A stretch of DNA of 64,000 nt from Nitrospirales bacterium (GTDB lineage Bacteria; Nitrospirota; Nitrospiria; Nitrospirales; UBA8639). Every line of letters begins with the position of its first letter. Within the stretch, counting starts at the first letter, position 1. A program made the position numbers and the translations under genes. The notes beneath the pieces are model-generated. The model saw only the letters and a list, made by a program, of their open reading frames with translations, had not been told where the DNA came from and did no database searches. Where the stretch lies: contig CBDBCZ010000019.1 of the NCBI GenBank assembly GCA_965203295.1, positions 2,208,001-2,272,000 of the forward strand, in the 5' to 3' direction. Below are positions 1 through 10,356 of the stretch, piece by piece.

Positions 1-1059
1 AAGGGCCTTCACGACGAGAGGGTGATCGGTGGCGTACCCGAGAGCATGCAACGCAAAAATCGAGTTGGCCATGGCTGGATAGATCGCGCCGAGGCCACCG
101 TCACCCCGCATATGTTCAATCATCCACATTTCTGCTTTTTTTAAAGCTTTCTTTCGGAGAGATTGCAGTGGGTACCGATCATAGACCTTGAGCATTCGAT
201 CGATCCAGATAAAGACATTGCGCCAACTCAACCAGCACGAATCCTTTTTAAAGGGTGGCACCTCTTGAAATCGGATTTGATCACGGGGGGCTAAAAAAAG
301 CTCCTCAATGCCCTGTTCCGGTTGTATGCTGCAAAGCGGACGTTGGCCAAATACGATGAGAAGTGGTATGAGCACGGCTCTGGACCAGTAAGATACGGCA
401 TACACGTTGAAATAAAACCCTTTGGGAACTAGCATGATCTCAGGGGGCATGCCTGGAATGCCTTCCCAACTATATTGTCCAAAAAGCGCCAGGGTTATTT
501 TGGTGAACACGTTGGCAGAAACCACGCCACCTTTCCCCAGAACGATCTCCCGAGCAAAAATCATGAAAGGTTCCTCTGAGGAGACACCAGCCAATTTAAG
601 GGCAAAATAGGCCTTCACAGAGGCACTGATATCCGCTGGTCCTCCGGCATAAATGGGCCAGCCTCCATCATCAAGCTGCATCTGTCGAAGGTACTGAACA
701 GCCTGTCGCTCACGTTCAGGATCCACCAGCCCAAGAAACCGGCGCAACATGACGTATTCTGAGGTTAGGGTAGTATCGGCCTCAAGTTCATATACCCAAT
801 AGCCCTCCTCTGAATTTTGCTGAGCCAAAAGCAAGGCCGTATTCTTCTCAATGGCCTCGTCAATAGATTCCGCATGTCCAACCGACGGGTACGAATAACG
901 ACCGTGACTTAATTCTTGGGGATGGACGGGATGTGGATTATGAGAAACTACCTTGAGGAAAGGGCGCAGGCGTTTACCTACTTGCCGACGAAAACCGGTT
1001 GGGACCGTATTAAAAAACCTATCAGATAGGCGGACAAGAATATTCTTTAATAAATCCAT
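1..1059 (-). CDS. shc: Squalene-hopene cyclase, N-terminal part (runs off the left edge)
   Basis: Manual translation from ATG at 1059 gives ...LLAQQNSEEGYWVYELEADTTLTSEY...QLDDGGWPIYAGGPADISASVKAYFALKLAG...ANVFTKITLALFGQYSW...SYWSR, with QW repeats and the SHC N-domain signature. It is absent from the ORF track because it is open at the edge. Confidence 0.95.
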   Translation of the reverse strand, partial: MDLLKNILVRLSDRFFNTVPTGFRRQVGKRLRPFLKVVSHNPHPVHPQELSHGRYSYPSVGHAESIDEAIEKNTALLLAQQNSEEGYWVYELEADTTLTSEYVMLRRFLGLVDPERERQAVQYLRQMQLDDGGWPIYAGGPADISASVKAYFALKLAGVSSEEPFMIFAREIVLGKGGVVSANVFTKITLALFGQYSWEGIPGMPPEIMLVPKGFYFNVYAVSYWSRAVLIPLLIVFGQRPLCSIQPEQGIEELFLAPRDQIRFQEVPPFKKDSCWLSWRNVFIWIDRMLKVYDRYPLQSLRKKALKKAEMWMIEHMRGDGGLGAIYPAMANSIFALHALGYATDHPLVVKAL

Positions 1060-1166
1060 TAGGGTGATTTTTATGCTACTTTGAATGAATACGGGAGGGA
1101 CGAGGAAGAAGCATGCAAACAATAACGCTGTTATCCAGACCTTTGACGGGAATATATTGGGGACCG

Positions 1167-1196
1167 CTTATAGCAAATCCTCCTCGTGACTGTCAA
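1167..1196 (-). promoter_or_regulatory. Putative sigma70 promoter for shc
   Basis: TTGACA-18 nt-TATAAG with extended -10 TG, about 110 nt upstream of the shc ATG. Confidence 0.55.
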
Positions 1197-1383
1197 GAAA
1201 AGTTGAGATTCAAAAGAGGAAAGCCTGTGTGTCTCCTCAGTCGTTCTTCTGTGATGTGTTAGTCTTTTTGTTCCCGGAGTGATCGGTAAAGACCCAATCG
1301 AACTCAAGCATATGGATATGGTCGTTTCCCCATCCCGTTTGCTGATCTGGACTGATATCACGCAAGGGAAAAAACCTATCCAT

Positions 1384-1830
1384 TTAGGAAGAAACATCAT
1401 TCACCACATTCGTCAAGGTTTTTTGTTCATCGATAGTCCACACATCGCAAGTCGAGTCTCCATCAATATTGGCTGTGGCCACAGCCGTAAAACCCGAGGT
1501 CGTTACGGAATCCAGGGTGGAAGCGGTACAGCCCGGCGGTAATGTCCCAGAATTCGCTTTTCCTAATTCATAGTAATAGCGTTGTGATGAACCAGTCACC
1601 CCGAATCCAATAGCATTAAAATCATCAATGTAGCCATTGTGCTCTGCGAAATAGGCAATTTCAGCAGCATGAACATGGACGAGATTGGTTTTGGCCTCAG
1701 ATTGTTTGGCTCGAGCCTGGAATGACATAAACTTCGGGATGGCGATAGCAGCCAAAATAACAATAATGGCCACAACGATCATGAGTTCCGTGAGACTGAA
1801 CCCACATTGTACCCGTATACGTTGGATCAC
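1384..1830 (-). CDS. Type IV pilin (PilA-like)
   Basis: Class III signal G|FSLTELMIVVAIIVILAAIAIP with E5; C-terminal Cys pair. Confidence 0.92.
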   Translation of the reverse strand: MIQRIRVQCGFSLTELMIVVAIIVILAAIAIPKFMSFQARAKQSEAKTNLVHVHAAEIAYFAEHNGYIDDFNAIGFGVTGSSQRYYYELGKANSGTLPPGCTASTLDSVTTSGFTAVATANIDGDSTCDVWTIDEQKTLTNVVNDVSS

Positions 1831-2047
1831 GAGTTCACCCCCTTCCTGTTCTGTTTTCTGCCACAGAGAAAAACCCCGTGTCTTCGGAATTCCGACTCCT
1901 AGGCTCCTTACCTAAATGATATGGAATACTTCCAATATACCCTGCTGAAGAAGTAATGGCCATATCGCAATAAGATTAATTCCACGAGAAACCTAAACCC
2001 CCTAGGTGTGTCTACACTACGAATGAGGGAAGGGCTCCGGTTGGAAC

Positions 2048-3892
2048 TTACGGCAGTGAAATAGACTTCTCTGGAGAGAAATAGCGGACTTGGGGTGGTG
2101 ATAAATTTGGGGAAGGACCGGTTGAAGGCTTCTCAAATCCTTTTTGCTGAAACCGTTCCTGCAACTCGATATTTGAGGGGTCCAGTTCAAGTGAACGGAG
2201 CCAAGTCTCTTTAGCTTTCTCTGACTCCTGTTGCGAAAGGTAAATATACCCTAGGTGTTCAAAAATAACGGGGTCGTCTTTGACCAAGAAGGAGGCCCGT
2301 TTGATTTCATCGAGCGCTTCCTGGGTTCGACCGATCTTGAAAAGCGCCCAGCCTAAACTATCCACATAATATCCATTTTCCGGCTTGAGCACGACCGCTC
2401 GTCTGGTCAGCTCAACAGCTTCGTTAATATTGATATCCCGATCAGCATAACTGTAGCCAAGATAATTGAGAGCATCGGTGTGGTTCGAATTGAGGCTCAA
2501 CACTTTTTCCATTTGCTCGACAACTTCGGGAAATCTATCTAATTTGTCATACACAGTTCCCAAGTGAAACCGAAGATCTGCATTCTCAGGATGGAGTTCA
2601 ATCCCATGCTCCAGTGTTTCCGCTGCCTTTGAATATTGTTCAGAATGCAAGTAGGCCAAACCCAATAAAAGGTGAGGCTCTGGATTGCCTGGATTAAGGG
2701 CTACGACCTGTTGCAAATGGGGAATGGCTTCATCATAGCGCTTCAGTCGATACGCCAAAAGCCCCAAGTGAATCCGACTATCATAAAAAGTTGGTGTCAT
2801 CATCAGGTTCGTTTCATAGGCCTGCTTCGCCAGCTCATAATCATTGACTTCTTCATACATGAGCCCAAGATAATCCCGTATCCGCAGTTCCTTAGGCCGA
2901 TCCCGAACAAGAGTCTTTAACACATCAATCGCTTTGTCGTGATTCCCCATCTCTCCATGAATCAGTGCGAGTCGAATTTTGGAATTGATGTCGGATGGAT
3001 CCTCGCTTACCATCTCCTCAAGGACTTCCAAGGCCTTTTGGTACGAACGTTCTCGGACAAGAAGACGAACGATTTCAAGACGAAACTTCCTTTTGTGAGG
3101 ATTCGCGCTAGAAAGGTAACGATTGTAGACGGAAACCGCCTGTTCAATATCCCCTTCCCTTTCCAATGCATTTGCCAAAGCCTGATACGCCGGTTCATAT
3201 CTTGGCGAACTGTCGATCGCTTTTGAAAACTGGGCTTTGGCTTCTTCTAATTCTCCCAATTCTTCAAGTGTTTTGCCTAAATAAAAATACCCAACATGAG
3301 AATCAGGAGTAACAGACACGCCTTGGGCAAACACCTCCTTCGCCTCTGAAAATAGTTTGAGACTAAACAAGAGAATACCTTTTGCCAAATAGCTCTTCGT
3401 ATGATTGGGATCCACAACAATGGCCTGATCATACAAAGTCAGAGCCTTATCTCGTTGCCCTGCCCCAGCATAGATCTTCGCCACTTGCATCAGCACCCAT
3501 GTACTTTGAACATCGTGAACTTCAATAGGATCTATGATAGTGACGGCAGCGGACATTTTGCCGGCAGAAAAATACAGTCTTGCAATTCTCACGCGAAGAA
3601 ACACTGATTGAGGATCTTCTTGAAGCCCTGCCTGATACGCTTCGATTGCTCGGGAATGCTCACCTGCCAATTCAGCCAAATAACCAGCTAAAAAATGATA
3701 GGACGCCTCAGAACTTGGGACGAATTCGGGTGCTGCTACAGAATCCACCGCACGATCACGCACCTCAGAACCAGCCGCGCAAGACACGACGATCAAGGGG
3801 ATGACGAGTACATATAAGGCTGTCTGACTCCACCAAGAACGACACTCGATCAAATTCTGAGCACAAAACTTCATAAATCTAACCCCTGCCAC
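2048..3892 (-). CDS. Large tetratricopeptide-repeat (lipo)protein
   Basis: Many TPR repeats, ALNYLGYSYAD and YYVDSLGWALFK motifs, possible lipobox IVVSC. Confidence 0.85.
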   Translation of the reverse strand: MAGVRFMKFCAQNLIECRSWWSQTALYVLVIPLIVVSCAAGSEVRDRAVDSVAAPEFVPSSEASYHFLAGYLAELAGEHSRAIEAYQAGLQEDPQSVFLRVRIARLYFSAGKMSAAVTIIDPIEVHDVQSTWVLMQVAKIYAGAGQRDKALTLYDQAIVVDPNHTKSYLAKGILLFSLKLFSEAKEVFAQGVSVTPDSHVGYFYLGKTLEELGELEEAKAQFSKAIDSSPRYEPAYQALANALEREGDIEQAVSVYNRYLSSANPHKRKFRLEIVRLLVRERSYQKALEVLEEMVSEDPSDINSKIRLALIHGEMGNHDKAIDVLKTLVRDRPKELRIRDYLGLMYEEVNDYELAKQAYETNLMMTPTFYDSRIHLGLLAYRLKRYDEAIPHLQQVVALNPGNPEPHLLLGLAYLHSEQYSKAAETLEHGIELHPENADLRFHLGTVYDKLDRFPEVVEQMEKVLSLNSNHTDALNYLGYSYADRDININEAVELTRRAVVLKPENGYYVDSLGWALFKIGRTQEALDEIKRASFLVKDDPVIFEHLGYIYLSQQESEKAKETWLRSLELDPSNIELQERFQQKGFEKPSTGPSPNLSPPQVRYFSPEKSISLP

Positions 3893-3940
3893 ATGCGTTC
3901 AAAAACCTGGCTTCTTCTCAATCTCCCTTTTGGTAAGCCG

Positions 3941-5290
3941 TCACGCGATCTCCCGGGTTGTCTCTAAGTTAGTAAACTTCGCATACCGTTCGTGAAAATG
4001 GAGCTGCCGCTCACCCGTGGGACCATTTCGATGCTTCCTCACGAGAATATCAGCGATACCTTTTTCTTCTGTTTCTGAATTATAGACCTCATCTCGATAG
4101 ATGAACATGACAAGATCGGCATCTTGCTCAATAGCCCCAGACTCTCGCAAATCAGCCAAGACTGGAATCGGCGGCTTTCGATTTTCTACCGCTCGACTTA
4201 ACTGGGAGAGTGCTACTACAGGTATTTCTAATTCTTTTGCCAAGGCTTTCAGCGCTCGACTGATGTCGGAAATTTCTTGTTGGCGACTTTCGGCATCTGA
4301 TCTTCCCTGCATAAGCTGAAGGTAATCAATAATCAAGAGATCCAAACCATGTTCTGCCTTCAATCGTCGAGCTTTGCCTCTCATCTGTTGCACAGTGAGA
4401 AAACCGGAATCGTCAATAAAGAGAGGGGCACGTTCAAGCTTATCTGCGGCATCACAAAGATATCGCCAATCTTTTTCCATCAGTTGTCCTGTTCGAAGCG
4501 CATGGGAATCCAGGAGAGCTTGGGAACTTAACATTCGGAGGACCAACTGGGCCTTTGACATTTCCATGCTGAAAATTCCGACTACCAAATTATGATCAAT
4601 AGCCGCATGCTCAGCGATTCCAAGAGCAAGGCTGGTCTTCCCCATACTGGGACGACCCGCGATAATAATGAGGTCCGACGGCTGAAGCCCCGCGGTCAGA
4701 TCATCCAAGTCCAGGTACCCCATAGGAACCCCGGTGATTTTTTCTTTCCGATTGTATAACCGATCGACAATCTCGATGCTTTCCTTAATGATCTGGTTAA
4801 CGGGGATAAAAGAACGCCCTAATTTCCCTTGGGCCAATCTAAAAATCTCTCGTTCCGCAAATTCCAAGAGATCTTCTGTTTGGCCTTCTTCCCCATATCC
4901 ACGTGTCACGACATCTGTAGCCGTCCGAATGAGACCTCGAAGAAGTGCCTTATCTTTGACAATCTTGCTGTGATATCGAATGTTGGAGGCACTCGGGATA
5001 ACTTGAACGAGTTCAGCGACATACGCAGCTCCCCCAATGGTTTCCAACTGGCCCTGAGACTTCAGATGTTCGGTCAGAGTAATCTGGTCAACGACTTCAT
5101 TTCGCTCGGAGAGTTCAATCATTGCTCGATATAGAATCCGATGCGTATTTCGATAGAAGTCATCCTCTGTCACAATTTCCAAAGCCCGACTCAGGGCAGT
5201 ATTGTCGAGTAAGATTGCCCCGAGGACGGACTGTTCCGCATCAAGATTCTGAGGAAGCAAACGAAGATCGTGCATTTCAGATGTGGGCAT
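3941..5290 (-). CDS. dnaB: Replicative DNA helicase
   Basis: AEQSVLG, GRPSMGKT, IDYLQLM and DLRESGAIEQDAD motifs; no intein. Confidence 0.98.
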   Translation of the reverse strand: MPTSEMHDLRLLPQNLDAEQSVLGAILLDNTALSRALEIVTEDDFYRNTHRILYRAMIELSERNEVVDQITLTEHLKSQGQLETIGGAAYVAELVQVIPSASNIRYHSKIVKDKALLRGLIRTATDVVTRGYGEEGQTEDLLEFAEREIFRLAQGKLGRSFIPVNQIIKESIEIVDRLYNRKEKITGVPMGYLDLDDLTAGLQPSDLIIIAGRPSMGKTSLALGIAEHAAIDHNLVVGIFSMEMSKAQLVLRMLSSQALLDSHALRTGQLMEKDWRYLCDAADKLERAPLFIDDSGFLTVQQMRGKARRLKAEHGLDLLIIDYLQLMQGRSDAESRQQEISDISRALKALAKELEIPVVALSQLSRAVENRKPPIPVLADLRESGAIEQDADLVMFIYRDEVYNSETEEKGIADILVRKHRNGPTGERQLHFHERYAKFTNLETTREIA

Positions 5291-6653
5291 GATTATTCCC
5301 AGACAACAGGCTGATCAGATCAGTCAAAGCCACTTTGCGCTTTGCTGGTTTCCCTTGGCCAACAAGGTCCGTCACCATGACCTGAGAAGAAGAACAGCTT
5401 GGGTGACCAAGAACGACCATACGATGGACACCCAAAAGTTTTACTCGAGACTCCAACGCGCGAAGAGCTGGTGAAGAGAGAGAAGAAGCCATTTCTTGGA
5501 CCACGGCCAATCCATTCGAACGAAGCATCTGGGCAAGCTTAAAGGTCGCCCCGTACTTCGTTCTCAGTCCAATGAGTAAAAGGGGCTTTTGGCTTTCCGG
5601 TGGCGCCTTGCCTTCAGATCCCAAGGCACCAAACAGTCGGTCCACATCGAGCGCAAAACCCGTAGAAGGTAAATCTCGACCAAACCGACCAATCAAATGA
5701 TTATAACGCCCTCCCCCCCCTATCTCACAACCAAGAGAACCCGAAAAGACATCAAACACCATTCCATCGTAATAATCAAACCCTCGTAATTCCCCCAAAT
5801 CTAATAAGAGTCGGTCTCTCAACCCGACTCTCTCCAACAGCTGGTAAACTTGAGTCAGACGATCAGTGGGATGAATCAGTCGGCGATCTTGGCCGGCGAC
5901 GCTCCTCCCCCATTTCAGAATCTCTTCTTGGCCATACCTTCCTGGAGCCTCTAATATCACTTTCGCATCTTTTCGTGGGACGCGTTCTTCGGCCAAGATA
6001 CTTTCAAGCTTGGGAATGTCTTTTCGAGCAGCGGCGATTTGTGCTTGTTTGCAGCCCTCCTCCGACATTCCGGATCTTGCGAGCAGAGCCTTGTAAAACC
6101 CCACATGCCCCAGAGAAATAGTAAACTCGGGCAATCCCACTCTTTTCAAACATTCAACGAGAAGGATAAGGATTTCGGCATCCATCGCGGCATGGTCAGC
6201 TCCAATCAGCTCAACACCTACCTGAAAGACTTCCCGCTCCCGACCGGCATGCTCAGGTTCATAACGAAAAACTGTGGATCGGTAGCATAACCGGATCGGT
6301 AACCCCTGTCCCGCCATACCCATTGCGACAATTCTCGCGATTTGGGACGTGACATCCGGCCTTAACACAAGAATACGACCGGACGACCAATCAGCAAACT
6401 GGTAACATTTCTCTAAGACTTCTGCGGGAAGGCCTTTTGATAACACATCTAAATATTCAAAGGTGGGAGGAATAATTTCTTGGTATCCCCACTGTTCGAA
6501 ACACTGAAAGAGAAGGCCTTCGAGATCACGGACTCGTTGAGCCGCGTCAGGAAGTAAGCTAGCCATTCCGATGGGAATAAGTGAGCGGACGGTTGGGGCG
6601 TGGGAAAGCAACCGACTCTCTACCAATTTTGAGTCACGACGGGCCATAGACAA
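5277..6653 (-). CDS. hisZ: ATP phosphoribosyltransferase regulatory subunit
   Basis: HisRS-like LRPDVTSQIAR, QVGVELIG, DYYDG and GGGRYNHL motifs. Confidence 0.9.
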   Translation of the reverse strand: MSMARRDSKLVESRLLSHAPTVRSLIPIGMASLLPDAAQRVRDLEGLLFQCFEQWGYQEIIPPTFEYLDVLSKGLPAEVLEKCYQFADWSSGRILVLRPDVTSQIARIVAMGMAGQGLPIRLCYRSTVFRYEPEHAGREREVFQVGVELIGADHAAMDAEILILLVECLKRVGLPEFTISLGHVGFYKALLARSGMSEEGCKQAQIAAARKDIPKLESILAEERVPRKDAKVILEAPGRYGQEEILKWGRSVAGQDRRLIHPTDRLTQVYQLLERVGLRDRLLLDLGELRGFDYYDGMVFDVFSGSLGCEIGGGGRYNHLIGRFGRDLPSTGFALDVDRLFGALGSEGKAPPESQKPLLLIGLRTKYGATFKLAQMLRSNGLAVVQEMASSLSSPALRALESRVKLLGVHRMVVLGHPSCSSSQVMVTDLVGQGKPAKRKVALTDLISLLSGNNHAHI

Positions 6654-6661
6654 CCCGTTGC

Positions 6662-8257
6662 CTAGGACCCTTTGGAAAGATCGGCCAGGCGCGTAGAGAG
6701 AATATCTTTCTCGAGTTTAATTTCTTCCAGAACGTGTTGGGGAAGTGTTGCATCAAGTCCAAAAATTAACAAGGCGTTTCCTCCCCGTTGAGCACGGGAG
6801 CATTGCATCCGAGCAATATTGATTTCGTGTTCCCCCAGAACTCGGCCAACGATCCCAATCACTCCTGGACGGTCAACATTATAAATGAAGGCCATATGCC
6901 CCTCAGGAACGACCTCAACAGGATAGGCATTAATTTCAACAATCCGGGGCTCTTTCTTATGGTAGAGGGTGCCAGCCAAATTATGAGTTTGCGTGTTTGC
7001 TTCAACACGAAGACGGATAAGAGTGGCAAAATCTCCGGCATCCCCTCCTTTCACTTCTTTGACCTGAACACCACGTTCCTTCGCAATGATCGGAGCATTC
7101 ACAAAATTGACGACATCTTCCAAGATTGGTGAGAATAACCCCTTGAGAACAGCGATGGTCAGAGGTGCCACCGAAAGCCTCGCAACCTCCCCATAATATT
7201 CCACCGTCACACTTTCGATTCCTCCATCAATCAGTTGCGATTGAAGCAATCCCATTCGCTCTGCCAATGAAAGATAGGGCTGCAGCTGAGGCAGCAATTC
7301 GGGTGGAACGGATGGAATATTGACAGCTCCACGTGCGATCCCTTTTGTAAAATAATCCACAAACTGTTCGGCAATTTCAACAGCAACATTTTCTTGGGCC
7401 TCTCCCGTCGAGGCACCGATATGAGGAGTACAAATAAAGTTATCGAGGGTGAGGATCGGATGATCAGCCCGAACCGGTTCTTCTTCAAAGACATCAAAAG
7501 CTGCAGCGGCGACTTTCTTGCCTTTTAAAGCTTCGAACAAATCGCCTTCATGCACAATACCTCCTCGGGCACAATTCACAATCATTACGCCCTCTTTCAT
7601 CTGACTGATCGCGGAGGCATTGATCAACCCCTTTGTCTCATTCGTTAAGGGTGTATGAACGGAAATGATGTCTGATCGACGGAACAACTCCGTTAACTCC
7701 ACGGCTTCAATTCCCATTTGCCTGGCTCGATCCTGCGCCAAAAAGGGATCATACCCAATCACATTCATGCCCAGTCCTTGAGCTAATTTCGTCACATAGG
7801 CTCCAATTTGACCAAGCCCGATTACACCTAACGTTTTGTTGTAAAGCTCAACCCCTAGAAACAGGTTCTTTTCCCACTTCCCTGACTTGAGAGACGCGGT
7901 GGCTTGAGGAATTTTTCGACTCAATGCCACTAACATGGCTATCGTATGCTCTGCTGTGGTAACGGTGTTCCCTCCTGGGGTATTCATCACGACGATCCCT
8001 CGCCGCGTGGCTGCGTCACTATCGACGTTATCGAGTCCTGTCCCAGCTCGACCGATGATCTTTAATTGAGTACCGGCTTCAATGACTTCCGCCGTGACTT
8101 TGGTGCCAGAGCGAACGATGAGACCTTCATACCCCTTAATTTCTTGCAGAAGTTCTTCTTTGGTCAGCTTCGTTTTGACGTCAACCGTAAACCCTGCATG
8201 CTGTAAAACCTCTACGCCGCGTTTGGACAAATTGTCACTCACAAGTATTTTCATCAT
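6662..8257 (-). CDS. serA: D-3-phosphoglycerate dehydrogenase
   Basis: GRAGTGLDNVD, GLGQIG, NCARGG and TPHIGAST motifs; C-terminal ACT domain. Confidence 0.97.
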   Translation of the reverse strand: MMKILVSDNLSKRGVEVLQHAGFTVDVKTKLTKEELLQEIKGYEGLIVRSGTKVTAEVIEAGTQLKIIGRAGTGLDNVDSDAATRRGIVVMNTPGGNTVTTAEHTIAMLVALSRKIPQATASLKSGKWEKNLFLGVELYNKTLGVIGLGQIGAYVTKLAQGLGMNVIGYDPFLAQDRARQMGIEAVELTELFRRSDIISVHTPLTNETKGLINASAISQMKEGVMIVNCARGGIVHEGDLFEALKGKKVAAAAFDVFEEEPVRADHPILTLDNFICTPHIGASTGEAQENVAVEIAEQFVDYFTKGIARGAVNIPSVPPELLPQLQPYLSLAERMGLLQSQLIDGGIESVTVEYYGEVARLSVAPLTIAVLKGLFSPILEDVVNFVNAPIIAKERGVQVKEVKGGDAGDFATLIRLRVEANTQTHNLAGTLYHKKEPRIVEINAYPVEVVPEGHMAFIYNVDRPGVIGIVGRVLGEHEINIARMQCSRAQRGGNALLIFGLDATLPQHVLEEIKLEKDILSTRLADLSKGS

Positions 8258-8283
8258 GTGATCTCCAGATCTATTACGCATAG

Positions 8284-8386
8284 TCCCATCAGCAATTGTT
8301 GAGCTTTGGCGACTCCACTCCGTTTGGATGTGAAGCCCGAGTCATTTTCATACTATTTCAATGACCACCATCCCGGCAATCATATC
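8284..8386 (-). pseudogene. C-terminal remnant of an ancestral class-V (serine-pyruvate/alanine-glyoxylate type) aminotransferase
   Basis: Reads DMIAGMVVIEIV*K*LGLHIQ, then after a frameshift GSGVAKAQQLLMG. This resembles the class-V C-terminal D..+..+E..L..LG....G.GV..A pattern. Confidence 0.7.
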
Positions 8387-8461
8387 CTCTGATTTTCATG
8401 TGTTGGATTACGATGGTTAAAGGGAAACTTATCACTGTTGAGGCTATGTATTCTATGGGTC

Positions 8462-9544
8462 TTAGCCTTTACGTTTTTCGAAATCAACCATAAAGTCAAT
8501 CAACGCATCAACCCCCGCCTCAGGCATCGCATTATAAATACTGGCACGCATTCCACCTACCGAACGATGGCCTTCGAGTGTGGTGAGACCAGCTTCTTGT
8601 GCTCCTGCGAGAAAGTCTTTATCCAATCCTGCGTTGGCCAAAACGAATGGAACGTTCATCCAAGAGCGGGAGGATTTCTCGACAGGATTGCTGTAAAAAT
8701 CTGAACCATCAATTGCGGCATACAGCTTATTGGCCTTCCGCCGATTGATTTCACCCATTGCTGTCAGACCACCTTGCTCTTTCAACCATTTGAATACCAA
8801 ACCAGCGATGTACACGGCATAGGTTGGCGGTGTATTCAGCATAGAATCTGCTTCTGCTTGTTTTGCGTAATCATGCACACTTGGGGTGATTGGCAACACC
8901 TCACCAATGAGATCACCGCGCACAATGACTACCGTGACTCCAGCTGGACCAATATTTTTTTGTGCCCCCGCATAAATAATGCCAAAACGACTGACATCCA
9001 TCGGTCTCGACAGAATGGTTGATGAACAGTCAGCCACTAACGGGACTCCATTGGTGTTTGGGACCCAGTGGAATTCAACACCACCGATCGTCTCGTTTGG
9101 CGTATAATGCACATAGGCAGCGTCATGACGTAAAGACCACGTTTTAAAAGCTGGAATACTGGAAAATTTATCCCCTTCTGACGAGGCTGCCACATTCACC
9201 GTACAATATTTTTTCGCTTCGCTGATGGCCTTTTTGCCCCACGCGCCAGTCAAAATATAATCGGCTGACTTTTTCCCTCTCAGGATATTCATGGGAATAG
9301 CCGCAAACTGTGCAGTGGCACCGCCTTGCAAAAAGAGCACTTTATAATTCTCGGGCACGTCCAATAAATCACGAAGATCTTGCTCTGCATCAGCCGCCAC
9401 CGAAACAAACTCTTTCCCACGATGACTCATCTCCATAATAGAGGCACCGGCACCGTGCCAATCTGACAATTCGGCTTGCACTTGTTTCAAAACCGCCTCC
9501 GGCAACATCGCCGGTCCAGCACTGAAATTATATTTCCTCGGCAT
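8462..9544 (-). CDS. serC: Phosphoserine aminotransferase
   Basis: NFSAGPAMLP, SHRGK, GAQKNIGPAG, NTPPT and GHRSVGGMRASIYNA motifs. Confidence 0.98.
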   Translation of the reverse strand: MPRKYNFSAGPAMLPEAVLKQVQAELSDWHGAGASIMEMSHRGKEFVSVAADAEQDLRDLLDVPENYKVLFLQGGATAQFAAIPMNILRGKKSADYILTGAWGKKAISEAKKYCTVNVAASSEGDKFSSIPAFKTWSLRHDAAYVHYTPNETIGGVEFHWVPNTNGVPLVADCSSTILSRPMDVSRFGIIYAGAQKNIGPAGVTVVIVRGDLIGEVLPITPSVHDYAKQAEADSMLNTPPTYAVYIAGLVFKWLKEQGGLTAMGEINRRKANKLYAAIDGSDFYSNPVEKSSRSWMNVPFVLANAGLDKDFLAGAQEAGLTTLEGHRSVGGMRASIYNAMPEAGVDALIDFMVDFEKRKG

Positions 9545-9627
9545 TGAACACTCCTGCTTGAATGAATCCTACCTCATTCCTCAATTCGCCTAGATCATCG
9601 CCTGCATATCACCAGCAGCTTCGTGCA

Positions 9628-9717
9628 CAGTTGCGCCATCGCTCCACAAGATCTTGGTGGCATCTGGTTAGGGTATAAAGCCAGAAGATACCGCTTGACA
9701 ATAAGCTGTTGCTCCTC
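9628..9717 (-). pseudogene. N-terminal remnant (with RBS) of the ancestral class-V aminotransferase
   Basis: GAGGAG followed by IVKRYLLALYPNQMPPRSCGAMAQL, resembling the class-V start M.K..LL.PGPT.VP..V..AM; the inferred start codon now reads ATT. Confidence 0.65.
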
Positions 9718-9935
9718 TGAGGACTTATAAAAAATGGAAGGCAAAAGGTAACGAATTACGTTGGGGAATCGTACGCTATCATATGGCCTCACCAAGGTCA
9801 AGAATCACACCCTTTCACAAGAATGCTGGCAGGAATTACTCTTCGTCTCGGTCAAAGATTCCATCGGCCTGTCCTTTTATTTTTTCAATTGTCGGCAACT
9901 TAATCTTTATGGGCACAAGAAAATAAACATTCCCT

Positions 9936-9965
9936 TCTCTTGTCTTCAAATCTCTTGTCTTCAAA
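9936..9965. repeat. 15-bp tandem duplication
   Basis: TCTCTTGTCTTCAAA occurs twice in tandem. Confidence 0.9.
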
Positions 9966-10023
9966 TTTTGGATTGCATAGAATATTCCCTCTTTTGTGTG
10001 TCATTCTACTTTGAGAGGATTGC

Positions 10024-10293
10024 GTGGACGGGATACGATTTGAACACCGGGGAGATGGAAATTATTACAAAGTCATTCTCCACATTGGAAGCTGCTATAT
10101 TCCGGTTAGTGATGACATTGTGCAAGAATTAAAAAATCAAAGCGCCTTAATGGGTGATCGCTTTTTGGAATTTTTTCTCGACAAAGTCGGATACTCCTCT
10201 TACCTCAAAGACCAAATAAAAGTAGAACTGACCAAGTTAGGTGACCTCCCTAAGCAAGTGAGCAGTCTTCGCCAATCCATATTCAAGCTTTGA
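10024..10293 (+). CDS. Hypothetical protein (89 aa)
   Basis: GTG start after a GAGAGG RBS; protein-like composition; fills the gap between flanking genes. Confidence 0.7.
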   Translation: MDGIRFEHRGDGNYYKVILHIGSCYIPVSDDIVQELKNQSALMGDRFLEFFLDKVGYSSYLKDQIKVELTKLGDLPKQVSSLRQSIFKL

Positions 10294-10356
10294 CTTTCCT
10301 GCTTAGTTTCCTATGAATAAATATCGGTATGGGGGTATGAAGGTCCCAACCCCTTT

